From Entomortierella parvispora E1425 (Eukaryota > Fungi > Mortierellomycota), in the NCBI GenBank assembly GCA_020891255.1, contig BQFW01000002.1, positions 1,736,001 through 1,800,000 on the forward strand: DNA of 64,000 bases, read 5' to 3'. How positions within the stretch are numbered: the stretch's first letter is position 1; each line of letters begins with the position of its first letter. This document shows, piece after piece, positions 11,987 to 25,534 of this stretch. The position numbers were made by a program, and so were the translations under genes. The notes beneath the pieces were generated by a model that saw only the letters and a list, made by a program, of their open reading frames with translations, made no database searches and was not told where the DNA came from.

Positions 11987-13821
11987 ATGTCTCCGTCTAC
12001 ACAACCACGGCCGTCCACAGCTGCCCAGGACGACCATGATGCCGGTTCATTCCCAGCCCTCGACAGTCATTCCACCGGACTGCGCTCCAACAGTCCCGAC
12101 CCCAAGAAGAATGCATCCAACCATGGAACCCGCTCAGCACAGGGTCGTCTTTCGTTCTCTTGTCTGTGGGATAGTCTCCTAGTGCACAGAACATACTGGG
12201 CCATTTTTGTGTCCTTGGTTGCAATCGGTCTCTTGGCCAGACCCCCGTCACCTTCCGCAGACGTCAACCCAGATCCGACCACAGGTATGCAAAAGACGCT
12301 CAAATACAGCGTGTGCACTCTGTCCCAACTTATCTGGCCATGGCAACTAACCCAACAACTACCAAAGTAGGAGATTTGGCGCAGAGAGAGTGGCCCAAGA
12401 ACATTACCTCGGATCACTGCAAGATGGCTTATCCTGGGCGGCCTCTGATCCAATATGTGCTCATGCTGGATGCAGGATCAATGGGATCGCGGATACATGC
12501 CTACAAATTCAACTACTGCAACGCCACGCCGGAATTGGAGGACGAGGCTGCCTTTGGACATGTTGAGCCCGGACTGTCATCCTACGGTAATGACCCCGAG
12601 GCTGCTGCTCAGAGCTTGGATAAACTGCTGGAAATTTCTCTCAAAGCCGTTCCACAATATCTTCACACGAGCACCCCCATTGCCGTCAAGGCCACTGCAG
12701 GACTTCGGCTTTTGGGAGACGAGAAGTCCAACAAAATTCTGGAAGCGGTACGTCGGCGACTCGAATCCCAGTACCCTTTCCCCATCATCAAAGAGCAAGG
12801 AGTTGCAGTCATGGATGGCGCAGAAGAAGGTAAGGAACCTTTCGCTCCACCATTTTGCACATCTGACTCGATGCATGTGTTGTTGTTTTCTGTGATGACG
12901 ATTTGTTGTTTAACATTGAACCATTTGATCCGCCCACGTGTAGGTGTCTTTGCATGGGTTACGGTCAACTATCTTTTAGAGAGATTCAACTCACTGACAA
13001 AGAAAGCCACAGTGGCCATCTTGGATATGGGAGGCGCTTCCACACAAGTCGTATTTGAACCCCAGGTCGTTGGAGGACACTCTGTCGCCCAGGGTGTACA
13101 CCGATACCCAATGAATTTCAACGGCAACCAATATGTGCTCTATCAACACTCTCATCTGGGCTATGGCCTAATGATGGCACGTAGCCAGATCAACGACTAC
13201 TTGGTCGCAAATCCAATCGAAATGGATATGGAGAATGATCTAGGTCAGGAAGAGTTTCCCCACCCATGTCTCCCAGTTGGACATCGTCAGTCATGGACCA
13301 CAGCATCAGGGCAGAAGGCAGTTCTCGTTGGTACGTCAGACCCTGGAGGCAAATGCAGAGCATTGATCGAAGCCATCTTTTACAAGCACCGACCCTGCGA
13401 TATGTGGCCGTGTTCGTTTAATGGCGTTTATCAGCCGTCGCTCCACACCTCGTTCGAGGACGACATTTATGCATTCTCGTTCTTTTTCGATCTTACTGCC
13501 CCTTTCCGGTCCGGAACAGCCGTGCAAGCGCAAGAGATGACCATCCAGGAACTAGAGGATCTTACCGAACGCGTGTGTAAAGGTGACGAGGATAACTTTG
13601 TAGAATTTCATGGATCCCCCGAGGCTATGAAGGAATTGGGCAAGTCGACAGACATGTGCATGGATCTGACTTATATCTATGGACTGCTTGAGTATGGCTA
13701 TGGCATTCCCAAGGACCACAAGATCAAGCTTGCCAAAAAGCTGAAGGGGTACGAAACGGGATGGTGCGTCGGTGCCAGTATCGCAGTGTTGGAGGAGCGC
13801 GACTGGTATGGAGAGGCCTAG
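11987..13821 (+). CDS. GDA1: Golgi guanosine diphosphatase / apyrase (GDA1/CD39 family), type II membrane protein
   Basis: N-terminal TM YWAIFVSLVAIGLLA. Apyrase conserved regions DAGSMGSRIH, KATAGLRLL, MDGAEEG|VFAWVTVNYLL, LDMGGASTQ, GWCVGAS. Introns at ~12285-12370 and ~12830-12943. Confidence 0.93.
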
Positions 13822-14150
13822 TCAGCCTCAGAAACAGGAAACAGGAAGCGCGTGTCCGTAGTATACTCATTGCGATAGACCGAATAATACAGACCAAGAT
13901 ACCCCCCATGTGCTGCTCTTTTCTCTCTCTTTGTCTCACGTTCCTTGAGGATGGAAACAGGCACGCTGGACCGATGCTGCATATCTGCATGCCTGTGATC
14001 CGGCCTGACACCGCCCCCTTTTTTTTCCTGTTGTGCTTGCGGATGCGTGTGCCCATTCTCTTTTCGCATGCACATCCCCTTCTCTCCCTTTCTCTCTCAA
14101 ACACATTCATCACATTCATCCTTCGCAAGGAGACCGCTTGTTGCCCACCA

Positions 14151-17100
14151 TGGAATCAAGCTTTTGGAACAAGCTCAAAAAGACAATCATGACGGCGCCC
14201 AAGGAGCCGCCAAATAGTGCAGTCCAGTTGGCTCGCTTCAATGCGAACTGGCTCACGATTCAGGTAAAAGAATAATAATGTACCTTGATATCTTGATCTC
14301 TCTCGTCTTTCTCAGCTCAAGGGTCTGTTCTTAACAAAGACTGAGACTGTGTGTTTCTGCGTGCTCTTAGAAAGCAGTGTCGACTCTTGAGAAACGGAAC
14401 GTCCCTATTCAACAGACCGAGATACCCGCTCGACTCAAGAACTTGATTGACCTGTTGGTAGAAGAAGAGTCTCGACTCGAGGACGCAACAGGAACGACGG
14501 GCGTGTGCATGGAATACCTTTTCAAGAACAATATCCTGACTAAGCTCGTCAACAGTGCCGAAGGTGACCAGCCTCGGGGGATTATGGGCGAGACCATTCG
14601 CTCCATGGCGTCAATGATTAACCTGCTGGACGACAGGTTCTTGGTCCACAATGCTGTCCACAAGCCCGTTGTCAAGTTGCTGAGAACCTGTTGTGCACCG
14701 GGAACAGAACTTGAGGGCAACGAGAGCTATCACGAAGATCTAGTTGACCTCATGTACATTCTCTGCTCCAAGATCCATGGATACCCAGAGCTCCTCAACA
14801 TTTTCTTTTACGACAAGCAATGGCTCACTGTCCCTGAAAGGATCCCTTCCAGACGGCTGCAAAAGAACAGGGAAACCATGGCGCTCTTGAGGAATATGAG
14901 TCATCGGTCTGGCCTGAGCAACTTAGGGTCACCCGCCACGGGCAGCTCAGCAGCGTCCGTGGACCAGCAGATAGATTCGCTGCAGTCACCAACGTCATCA
15001 ACAACAGAGGTCGATCCACCGTCGCCTATCACAGAATCCCTGTCCGAGTTTCGAGACCGAGACCACCATCAAGAGGATGAAAAGAATGACGGAAAGAGAG
15101 ACTATGAATTCTTACTCTTCACATACCTCTCAAAGTTTGTGCATCGGGAAGGAAAGTCAGGGGATTTTGCTCGGACTGGTCTCTTGTTCCTAATGGAGCT
15201 GGCAACTGGATCTCTTGGGGAATACATACTGGACTCGGAATTTGCCTCGTATCTGACTGCCGGCGTGGGTGCCTTGTATTCACAGCTACCAAGAAAACTG
15301 ATCGTCAAAGGCGGATTTGAATCCCTCACCAACAGTTACCTCCCCAATGCGAACAGTGGCGCAACCGGCAGCAACACAGATGACAGCAAGGAAGATGAGG
15401 CAGCAACAAAACCGTCTAGAAGAGCCAACATTGAACTTTCGACATCAAAAGATTTTCAGTCGCGACTGGACGCGTTCTTGAAGGTGCTCGAATTCTGCCA
15501 GGATGTGCTCATGCGATGCCCAAACACGGAGATTGCGACCACACTGTTGGCCTCGTTCAAGACTGTCTTTTTGGAAAACGTGCTATACCCATCTATCTTG
15601 GAGTGCTCTGATACGGATGGAAGTTCAGTCGCTGTTATTAGCTATATCGACCTTATCCTTCAGGTTCTGGAACACGAAGCTCTAGTGGATCTGGTAGTCG
15701 GGTTCCTTATGGCCTCGGAAGAGGATGACACTCGTGCAAAGGTTCCTGAGGTATTGGACGCATTTGCAGAGGTCCAGAACCCACAAACGACATCGCCTTA
15801 CTTCATGGCTACGGGACGCTTTACTTTGAAGGATTTGGTTCTCTCTCGACTGAAATCTCGATCCCAACCTACGGTCATTGCAACCCTCAAGCTCCTCAAC
15901 ACGGTCATTACTCGCCACTGCAAATACTCGCTGAAGCTTTTGACCATCCAAGTGGACATTAATGCGACATCCTTCAGTCAGCTTGCAGGGTTTCCACAAA
16001 GAGAGCTTTCAAAGGATGTCCCTCTGATTAACCACCATGCGCACGAGCTGGATCTCTTTTTCGCCCTTGTCGCCACCATCAACCCTTACAATACTGCTGA
16101 TATTTTCGCCAATGGTTACGAATCCTATCTTCGAGATGCGGAAGGTTCAGTCGAGACCCATCAATGTTTCTTAAGGAGCAAGGAAAAGGTGGAGCAGAAG
16201 GTACCTGGAGTCATTTCGGAGGCGGAGCGTAAGAAGCAGCGACGACGCAGCATGAAGTACGGGCATCGATTGGATCTCCCCGACGATCAGACTGGAGACG
16301 CATTCTTAAAGGAACAGGAAAAGATTGTCGAGGCTCTGGGCATGTTGAGCTGCTGCGACAAATCTCATGGAACAGGACAGCACCCTATTCAGATGCACCG
16401 ACTCTTGCCTTCGGACCCTCTGCTACAGATCCTTCTCGGTACTTTGTCCCATTTCTTTGCACACAGCGTCGAACTCAACTTGGCCCTTACAGGAGTTATT
16501 ACGTCTTTGGCCGTCTGTCCTTACAGGTCCTTAGAAGGATGGCTTTTGTTCAGAAGTACCGATATCAAGAGGCCTGCGATCGACCGAGGATCGGAAGAAG
16601 ACTCGGAAATTGACTCGCCTAGGGACTCTCTCTCTGTCGGGGCTAGTATCTTTGCACAGTTGGATGCAGTCCGGCAAAGCCCTAATGGTGACGATTCAGA
16701 CGATGAGGAGACTCTCCCATTCTATCTCTCGCGCGGATTCAACAAGGCTGTTCTGGACAACCCTACCATGTCAGAGCCCCCAGCGTTTAAATCCTTCCCG
16801 CCATTCTTCACGATGCTCCGGACCCTCACCCAGCAGGTGGACTATTATCGCAGCGAGATTGATGGATTCGATGAATTCCTAGCGGACAGGAGAAGAAGCC
16901 TCTTGCCTCCAGTGGAGGCCAACATCAGTTTAACGCAGAGTACTGGAACTCTCTCGGAAAGTAATACCTTCAATCCTGGACACCTGTACGGATCAAGTGA
17001 CTCGTTCATGTCTTTGACAGGAGACGCGCTCAGCGGTTCAGCGAGACCATCGACCCCGAGTGCTGCCAGCGCGGTTGCTCCGACCAGTCCTCGGTATGTC

Positions 17101-18141
17101 GCCAGCGGTGGCCACTCTGGGCCTGCTTCGAGAGTGACTTCTCCAGCTCCTCCAAGGGCCATGTCCAAGACTCCTGTTCAAGGAAGTAACCTTGCCAATC
17201 CCGTGACGATGGTCAAGATGAGTTCGCCTAGGGCCAGAAAGAGCAGCTCCCCCTCGAGTTTAATGTCGACGCCTTCCAACATGTCGTTTTTGGCCCCTCC
17301 AGGAGTTGGCGGCAAACGAACTTTCAAGTCCAGTAGCGCCAGCCCTTTGGCCGCAACACGCCAACCTTTTGGATCCAACGATGGTGGTCAAAGTGAATCG
17401 CAACAGTCGCCACTTCCTTCCAGGAACATGACAACATCTCCGGTGCCCATTTCGCAACCTCGGGCACTTTGGTCACCCTCGGTGTCAAGATCCGCAGTCC
17501 TTGGTGGGACGGCAAGTGCGGGAGGCCTGTCCAATGCATCTTTGCCATCTTTGGCAGCCAGTGCGGCCCAACCTATTCAGAATACGAGCGCGGCCTCTTT
17601 TACATTGAGTGGCAGCAGTCTAACAGCTGGCAGTAACGCTACACTTGCGGGCTCGAGCCAGCTAGGATCCTTTGGAATCAACCCCCTGGCCAAGATTATG
17701 GATACCATGATGATCAAGCCCCTCTTCCCTGATGGATTCGTCAATGACTCGGACAGCGATGCGGAAGAAGGACTGGATATTTTCAGTGACGATGAGGAAG
17801 AGGAAAGCAGCGAAGACGACACCTCGAGTGACGATGACGGCGATGACACGGACGAAGCAGATCGAGAGCTTAACTCGGATCTTCAGGAACCGACCCGTAA
17901 AATCAAACATATTCGCATCAAATCCAACAATGGAGCGTCCAAGACTCCAAAGAGACCCCACCAGCATCATCGAGGGTCCAGCAGAACCTTGAACAAGAAG
18001 CAGCTTGCAGCCAACGAAAAGATGATCACCCTGACTCAACTGTTGACCAACGTTGTGATTTTGGAGGAGGTGGTCAAGGAAGTGGTGGCGATTGCTCAAG
18101 TTCGCAAGGGCATGGGTGTGGACAAGGTCCGATTCTTGTAA
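14151..18141 (+). CDS. FHF complex subunit FHIP (FAM160/RAI16-like)
   Basis: Exon 1 MESSFWNKLKK...WLTIQ (14151-14264) plus a 3.77-kb exon. Motifs CMEYLFKNNILTKL, HPAVH-like HNAVHKPVVKLL, LFTYLSKFVHREGKSGDFARTGLL, NLALTGVITSLAVCP, C-terminal LLTNVVILEEVVKEVVAIAQVR. Confidence 0.85.
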
Positions 18142-18395
18142 AAAAAATAAACCATTACGTTTTCTCGTTTATTCGTTTTATTTTGTCGTTTGAAATGATT
18201 TAGTGTACTATAGGATGAACTATAGTAGGGTATTAGAATATTGTAATGCAGTGAAGGACTATTGATGAAAAAATGAGTTTGGGGGTTATGTGGTTAAAAC
18301 TACACACAAAAAAAAAGGTAAAAGATCTTGACCAGTGAGGTTGTCGATGGTGCTGCTGAGTGCGGGTGGTTTTTTTTTTTTTTTACTTTACTGGT

Positions 18396-20669
18396 TTACT
18401 GGTCCCGGAAATGTTCCTGTTTGAGCAATTGCTGGCAATGAAGCATGTGGATCTCGGCTTGTACCTCTTTTTGTTGCTGGATCAGTCTGGCCATCCTTTG
18501 TTTTGGGTCTTCGCACTCTTGCTTGATATAGATCAGATCGCTGACCTCGCCTTCCAACGTCGGCACGACATTGTCAGAGGAGCAGGCCAGTGGAGGGGAA
18601 GGGGTTGGATCAAAATGCAACAGTTGGCTAGTGCTCGCGCCGGTGCCGAGGAAACTGCCGTTCGCGGACTGGTTGTCCTCTCCATCCAAGCTCATGCCCA
18701 GACTCACGTCCAGACCACTCAGGTCGCAGGCCACTGGATCGACTTGAAGACTCTCGGGTGAACTCGTCGTCATGGTAAATAGACCTGACGATCCATTTTG
18801 ACTCTGCTGCTGCTGTTGATGTTGTTGTTGCTGCTGCTGAGGATGACGGAAATGAGACCAAAGCAAGGAGACATTGGGCGAAACACCGAGCTCCATGCAA
18901 TTCATTCTTTGCAAAGGAGGGACTTCGGCATTCCATACCGAAAGAGAAGGCACCATCGGACTCGACGAACTCACGATGGGGGTCGGCGTCATTGTTGGCA
19001 GAAAGGGAGTAGGCTGCGCTGGCTGCGACGTGTCCAGGGAAGAGGACCGATTCATCGGTGGAGCGCAACTCATGGCCAAGGCAGGTGAGGACTCGGCGGT
19101 GGTAGACAGCGTCGAGTTCAGCGACGAAGAAGAAATCGACGACATCGAATAGGTCGATGGATAAATGTAAGGGTAGGTCACATTTGGCCAAGGCCCTGAA
19201 GCGAGCTCGGGTGTAAAAGCAGGACTTGTGGACAGAGACCCCATCGGCGAGACCGAGTGTGGGGGACTTGTGGGTGCATACAGGTGACGAGAGATGGGCA
19301 ACGAGGGCCGTCGCTCGGGCCGCATTGGACGGCCTCTCCATTGAGGTGGAAAGGCAGGTGAGGCACTTCGGGAGTCGTAACTACCGACGCTGTTGGTGGG
19401 CGTCCCTACAGAGCTGACAGACGATTTGCGAGATTGCATATGCAAATATTGCTGCTGTTGTTGCTGTTGCTGTTGCAATGGCATCGACGGCAGTGGTGGT
19501 GCCAAAGGTGGAAGGGTAGAGGTCAATGCCGATGAGGACACGGACCTAGGAATGTATGGTGATTTGGGAGCCTGCGGAAGCGAGCGCACGCGTAGGCGAG
19601 GACCCTGTCGCTCCGGAAGATTTTGCGTGTACTTGATCACCTGAGGACCCAACTCTGGCCGTTGTGGCTGCGGGAACTGCTGAAGGTGATGCAATTGCAT
19701 CTGCTGCTGGTGGTGGTGCTGATAATGATGCTCACGAAGCTGCTGTTGGTGTTGTTGGTTGATCCTCGCCATGAGGATCGCCTCCGCGGCGGCTTTGCTG
19801 CCACCTTTGGGTCGACCTCTTGGTTTTGGACTGGCATCTCGGCAGGTCTTGGCCTTGGAGGGATGTTTGAGGCAACTCTGGCAAGGCCGACCACTGTCGC
19901 ATTTGATATGGGATCGTTTGCAACTTGCGCAGGCTGTCACGGAAGGGAGCATGGCGGATGAGGAAGGGTCATCGTAGTTGGGCGAGGTAGGCGATGACAT
20001 GGCCGACGAGGATGCTGAGCGCGATGAGTAGCTTAACGTCGGTGAGGAGGAAGGACCTGAGGAAGGAGACCGATGCCGACCAGCAGTAGCTTGTGAGGGA
20101 GCAAAAGGATGAAGGGTACCTCCGTGGCCTGTACGAATCGGGAGGTTTTCTGAATAGCCGGGCACGAGTGGACCCCCGATATTGAACCCAGTCGATCCGT
20201 CACTGTGGTTACCAAAGAGTGGGGACGAGGTGGGAGCTGCCTGGGCGCCATTCCCCTCAAAAGAGGGGAAGAGATCGAGGTCTTGCGTTTCGCGGCCCAT
20301 GGCTTGGATGAGTGGATTGAATTGGAAATCTTGGACTTGCGATGGATGCTGGTGATATTGAGGGTATTGTAGTTGCATGCTTTCGAGGAAACGCTCAGGG
20401 GTCACCAACGGCAAGGAGTGGACTTCTGATTCTGTAGATCCAAAGCCCATCGATACCACGGGCGAGGTCTGATAAAGATGTGTGACAGAGGATAGAGAGT
20501 TTGTTCTGGCTGTGGTTTTCTGCTGGTGTGTGTGCATTGGTGCTGAAGAGGATGAGGACGAAGTGGCAGGAATCTCTCGTCGAGGATGCATCGGTCCAAA
20601 ATTATAACCATAGAGTCCAGAGTCGTTTCCTGGGTATGATGTGGGAACTTTGTCGGACAGGGTTGTCAT
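18396..20669 (-). CDS. Zn(II)2Cys6 transcription factor with poly-Q and S/P-rich regions
   Basis: CASCKRSHIKCDSGRPCQSCLKHPSKAKTC fits C-x2-C-x6-C-x5-C-x2-C-x9-C. First ATG in the long ORF is at 20669. A likely 5' intron ends at 20682, so the true start could lie upstream. Confidence 0.85.
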   Translation of the reverse strand: MTTLSDKVPTSYPGNDSGLYGYNFGPMHPRREIPATSSSSSSAPMHTHQQKTTARTNSLSSVTHLYQTSPVVSMGFGSTESEVHSLPLVTPERFLESMQLQYPQYHQHPSQVQDFQFNPLIQAMGRETQDLDLFPSFEGNGAQAAPTSSPLFGNHSDGSTGFNIGGPLVPGYSENLPIRTGHGGTLHPFAPSQATAGRHRSPSSGPSSSPTLSYSSRSASSSAMSSPTSPNYDDPSSSAMLPSVTACASCKRSHIKCDSGRPCQSCLKHPSKAKTCRDASPKPRGRPKGGSKAAAEAILMARINQQHQQQLREHHYQHHHQQQMQLHHLQQFPQPQRPELGPQVIKYTQNLPERQGPRLRVRSLPQAPKSPYIPRSVSSSALTSTLPPLAPPLPSMPLQQQQQQQQQYLHMQSRKSSVSSVGTPTNSVGSYDSRSASPAFPPQWRGRPMRPERRPSLPISRHLYAPTSPPHSVSPMGSLSTSPAFTPELASGPWPNVTYPYIYPSTYSMSSISSSSLNSTLSTTAESSPALAMSCAPPMNRSSSLDTSQPAQPTPFLPTMTPTPIVSSSSPMVPSLSVWNAEVPPLQRMNCMELGVSPNVSLLWSHFRHPQQQQQQHQQQQQSQNGSSGLFTMTTSSPESLQVDPVACDLSGLDVSLGMSLDGEDNQSANGSFLGTGASTSQLLHFDPTPSPPLACSSDNVVPTLEGEVSDLIYIKQECEDPKQRMARLIQQQKEVQAEIHMLHCQQLLKQEHFRDQ

Positions 20670-23600
20670 GATGGTCCACAACTAACGCGTCGTTATTATT
20701 TCTTTTTTTCTTTTACGGAAAGGCGAGACGAGAAGACGAGAACAGGTTACCCGTTGAGGCGAATTGTGGTGGATGTTCGATATATATTTTTTGTGCTTGG
20801 GGCGCCGTCGAGTACGAAAGCAAAAAAAGAACTAAGAGCGTTGTGGGAGAGAAGCAAGAAGGGTGTGAGAAATCGAGAAAAACTGGTTACAGGGAGGTAG
20901 AACTAGTGAGTTTATAAAAGGAATGGGAGGATGGAAGGAACGGTGCTGCAGAAGCAACTGAAATTGTCCAATTGTCAACTTTGTGCAGTTGTACCTGATT
21001 TTCACCCTTAGGATGGGGGCAAGAAAAGAAGGGGAGAAGAAGGAAGTAACGGGATATCACTATCAAAGAACAGGCTACGGGAGTTGAGTCGAGGGGTTGA
21101 ATGGATTGAAGAAGGGCCGATCCGTGAGAGCTGACTGGGGGAGTGAACTAAAGACCGGAAGGGGTGGGCAGGCACCGGTGGGCGATGAGTCAATACCCTC
21201 CAAACAAACCTCCTCTTCCTTGTCAGAGGTCCCAACTTTCGGTCGCATGCATGCATGCCCGAGAAAATTACAAGATCGACGGAGAAGGATAAAAGGATGG
21301 ATGGACAGCTGTCTTTTGTTTTGATTTGTTGTTCGCAATTGAGCAACCAAAAAAAACAATAAATCCAGGGAGGAGTGGGGGGAGAGGGAGCAAGGAGAGG
21401 TAGGAAGCAGGAATGGGATTGTTTGCGCTTTTGTAGTCCTCAAGAACGATAGGACAGCCAGGAGGATGTGGCCAATGGCTCCAACAAAAATCAACACGTA
21501 CAAAAAAGGGCCACGAAATAATAGCTATCGTAAGCAGAGAAAAAAAAAGGAGTGGCATCGCTGTGCTTACTTTTTTTGTTGCTGCAGAGTCTGACTAGAC
21601 AGCTCCGTATGCCTTGTTTTTCGACGTTGACTGTTCACTCAGGTGAATACCTAACTCCTTGGTTAGGGCAAAGTCGCGGCTTTTTTTCCTGTTGTGGCGC
21701 GGGCAAAGGGATGCGGATAAAGGTGCGTGTCGTTTGGAAAAGCGGAGGAGGACTGTGTGATATTCAAAGATTGCGTGCGAAAGGCGGTGTTGCTTGTTTG
21801 TGGGTGCAAGGGTGTGCGTGCTCAGGGTGTGCGTATTCAAGAGGGCGTAGCTGAGTGAGCAAGTGCAAGACTATACGCACTGTGGTGGTCGGAGAGAGAA
21901 GGTATAGGGGTGGACGGAAGCGGATGGGAGTGGATAGGAGTGTTGAAGTCGGGTGTTGGCAGCGAGATTTGGTATACAGGCTGTAGAGAGCAAGGAATCA
22001 TAAAATGCGAAGAGACGACAATGAACAGAGAAGAAAGGGAGAGGGGGAGAAGAGAAAAAGAAGAAAGAAAATCGGTTGCGCGGAAGCCCCCTCGCTGCTT
22101 TTTTATACTCTGTTGATGGCGAGGGACGGACGGGCTCGGTCGACGTTGTTGGCGAACGCAAAAAGAAAAAAATAGGTGTCTGCCGCGCCTCTTTGCGATT
22201 CAACTGAACAGCAACTGAGTGGAATACCCGCTCCAGCCTGATGCCTCGAGCAAGAGCACCATGGCAACCAGTTCTGCTTCTCTGCCCTACCATTGCCCAT
22301 GCTCCTATGCACGCCTACTCACTTATTGATGCGACCATTGTTGATTATTAGCATCGTCACCATGGGCCCTTGAAATCAAAGAGCAAGATATCTTCCCGCC
22401 AAAACAATTTTTAAGAAATATCTCTGCATGCATGACAAACAGACAAACAAGGACAGGGACCATCCAGGCCAAAAGTCTCTCTGGAGGTTGGGCCATGGTC
22501 AGGGTATAAGAGCATCCTCCCTCACTCTCATAAGCACAAAACTGAAAGGCGTACAAAGAAAAAAGAAAAAAACGAGGACCCCCGTTGTGTGCCTGCGTGT
22601 GTAACTTTGTTAGAGTCGAGTCACCATTGGAGCATTGAATAACGTACAGCACAATACTCAGGCGTCTACTGAGGGTGGACCATGTACAAACCTAGAAGCT
22701 TGCAAGACTGTGCCTGCGTTCAGGTGCAAAAAAAATAGAATAGGAACAATAAAAAAAAGGCATTACGCTGGATTGCAGGACCTGTCGGGATTTGCTCCTC
22801 ACTCACACAGACACACAGATACATACACACACTTTCTCCTGCTGCCCTCACGTTGGCGAGGAGAACGCAAGGGTCGCCTCTAAAGAGATCCTGAGTCGTT
22901 CCCTCTGTTCGGCTCTCAGTTTACAGTTTAGTGGGCCAATCACCGCCGTTTTGGCCAACGTATGGCTTTGCTGGGGCCATGTCCATACCCAACTTTGACA
23001 ATCACTCCTCCCCCCAGCTCTGAACAGTAAACCGAGCTGGATAATCTTTCTTCTCTATCCTATCAAGATGTCGTGCTGCCCGATTTCAGAGTAGGTTTGT
23101 GTTGGATGTGTCACCCTGTGGTAAGCTTGCTGAGGAAAATGAGCCCAAGATGTACTTCTCGATTAGTTTAAGCGTCTGAGCGCCAAGGGCTTCTCGCACA
23201 GCTGCTCCGGGAAGGCAATAAACGCGAAGTGTCATTAAGGTCATTTGAACAAACGAGCACCCCTGCATCCCTCCCATTCCGCTCTCGCAATAGTCGCCCT
23301 CTCCTCTCCAGTTCTCCAAGGGACAATCTGAATATAGAAGTAGTAGACTAGATGGAATGAGCGGGAAAACGATCATTTTCTGGCGATTGCCTGCATGATT
23401 GAAACGAAGCACCATCCGTCCAACAGCCAGACAACAAAAAGGCACGCACGCACATACTTTTTTTTTACCCCTTCTTCTCGCTCCGCGGAATGGAACGGTC
23501 CAGTCAGGTCGCGATTTGCAAATAGGGTGACTGGCTATGGCTTTTGGGCACAGCTCACGCAAGCACTTCTGTTCTCATCTTCCCTCGTTTCCGTTGGTCC

Positions 23601-25534
23601 TTGCAGATTTCCCGCCAATTTTCTCTTTTGTTTGTCGTCGTGATAGCATCACCTGTCAACAAGCCCCCTCCTCCTCCATCCCTCGTTCACTCTTCTATTC
23701 CTTGCTTAATTGCATTTCCTATCATTCAATTTATGACGCACTTTTCTTTGGTTCGCTGCAACCGCAAGGTCAGAAAACTGGTAATCAACAATAGGGGGGA
23801 TAGATACAGAGATACAGAAGAGGAAAAAATAGAAAATTGAACAAACAGGACAAAACAAAATAAACATGCATTGGGGACCGTACCATGGATTGGACAAGAA
23901 GCGAGCATGGTGGGTCACGACTCGTCGTCCTCCTAGTGGTCCGTCGTCCGTCGTCCCAAGTTACACGAAATCACGCACCATCGACCAAAAAAAAATGGCG
24001 GGAAACTGAAAATGGGATAGGGACAGCCCCACCCCTCCCTCTTTCTCCCCCCCCCCCCTCTCTCTCTATCTCTTCTTTGTGCTTTTGGGGTGTCATGAGT
24101 CTTTGGCTCGCATGCCTCCCTCGAGGTGAAGAGGCGGGGAGTGAAGGAATGAGGGTCATACATCGCTCGTGCAAGGAGCCCACCCTGACAACGCGTTCTT
24201 GCATCCACCTTTTGCTTTTTTTGTTTTTTGTTTTATTGTTTTTAGCTAGCCCAAAACTGGAAAGGCAAAAACCGCCAGTTGCATTAACCCTTTCCGAACG
24301 ATAGCAAAAGGAAGCAAGGGGGTGGGGGTGGAACTGACCAACAAACATCAACCGGCATCGTTGATTCGAACAGGAACGAACATGACCTCGACCAGTGATT
24401 TTTTTTCTTTTGACTGCAAACATTCCATGACCAAACCAACATAGAAATAAACAGCCGTAGGCGTAATGTCGCGACAGTTGGAACCAAAAGAGATCAAGCC
24501 AGAAAGCATGATTGAAACATCCGATGACCATAGGGTGTGCCCTGAACAAAGCAAAATAATTGAAGAGGCCCATAACTTGCCTTGATTGTTCTCCTTCTGC
24601 AGGCGCGCACAAAGCGCTCCTTTTGCACCTTCCATTGAACTGAGCACCAGCCCATCCAACCCATCCAGCCCATCCATGCACAATGCACGCCATATTTTAT
24701 TTTATTTTGTTTATGGTAGCAGGTTACTCACCTTCCTTGCAAGGAAAAAAAACAGGATCGTCCCCCCCTCTCCTCATCCGTCCCTGACCTTTTTCCCTAT
24801 CTCATGCAATTGGTTGCATGAATGGCTAGTAGGCGAACAAGGTTAGCGTCGTGCGGGGGGAGTCGACAATGGGCGTTGTTGCAGGCAAGAAGAAAGAGTT
24901 AAGGATGGGGCAGGCTCTTTTGGTGACCACAAGGAAAAAACTTTGGTCCTTTTTAAGGGGACACTCGATTTTCCTTTTCGCGGCCTCAATTGACGAAGCA
25001 CCGCCATCTCGGTAGCACCGGTTTGTCTGTTTTTGTTCTTCATCGACGCGGCAACCCTCTACCGCTCTTTTTGGCTCACTCATCTCGGGGACTTTTTACA
25101 ACACTTGGGGTCTGCGCTGTGGCATGTATGTGTCGTGCAAAGAACGATAGCAAAGAAGACACGCGCTGCGCTGAGAGGCAGTCAAACAGCAGGCTCCTAC
25201 CCTCCAACGCGTCTGCTTCAATGCAGGCACTGGAATAAAGCGAGCAGTCCCACCACAGAACAGACACGCAAGCGATCACCCATCGGCTGGAATACTGTGG
25301 CTCGCCCAACGTTAGTATCGACACTACTTTATCAGTTCCAGTTCGTTCTTGACATCTTCAATCACTGTGCTATGATGTCGCTTGCTACTGAACCTGGGAC
25401 TATAAATGGGCAAGAAGATTCCCTCCAAAAGACCACTACCCGCTCAACTCTGACCACTACCAACACCTGCAACTACAACATCCAGTGCAATCCACAGCCC
25501 AGCATCTCTTTCAACAGCAAAAAAAATATCAGCA

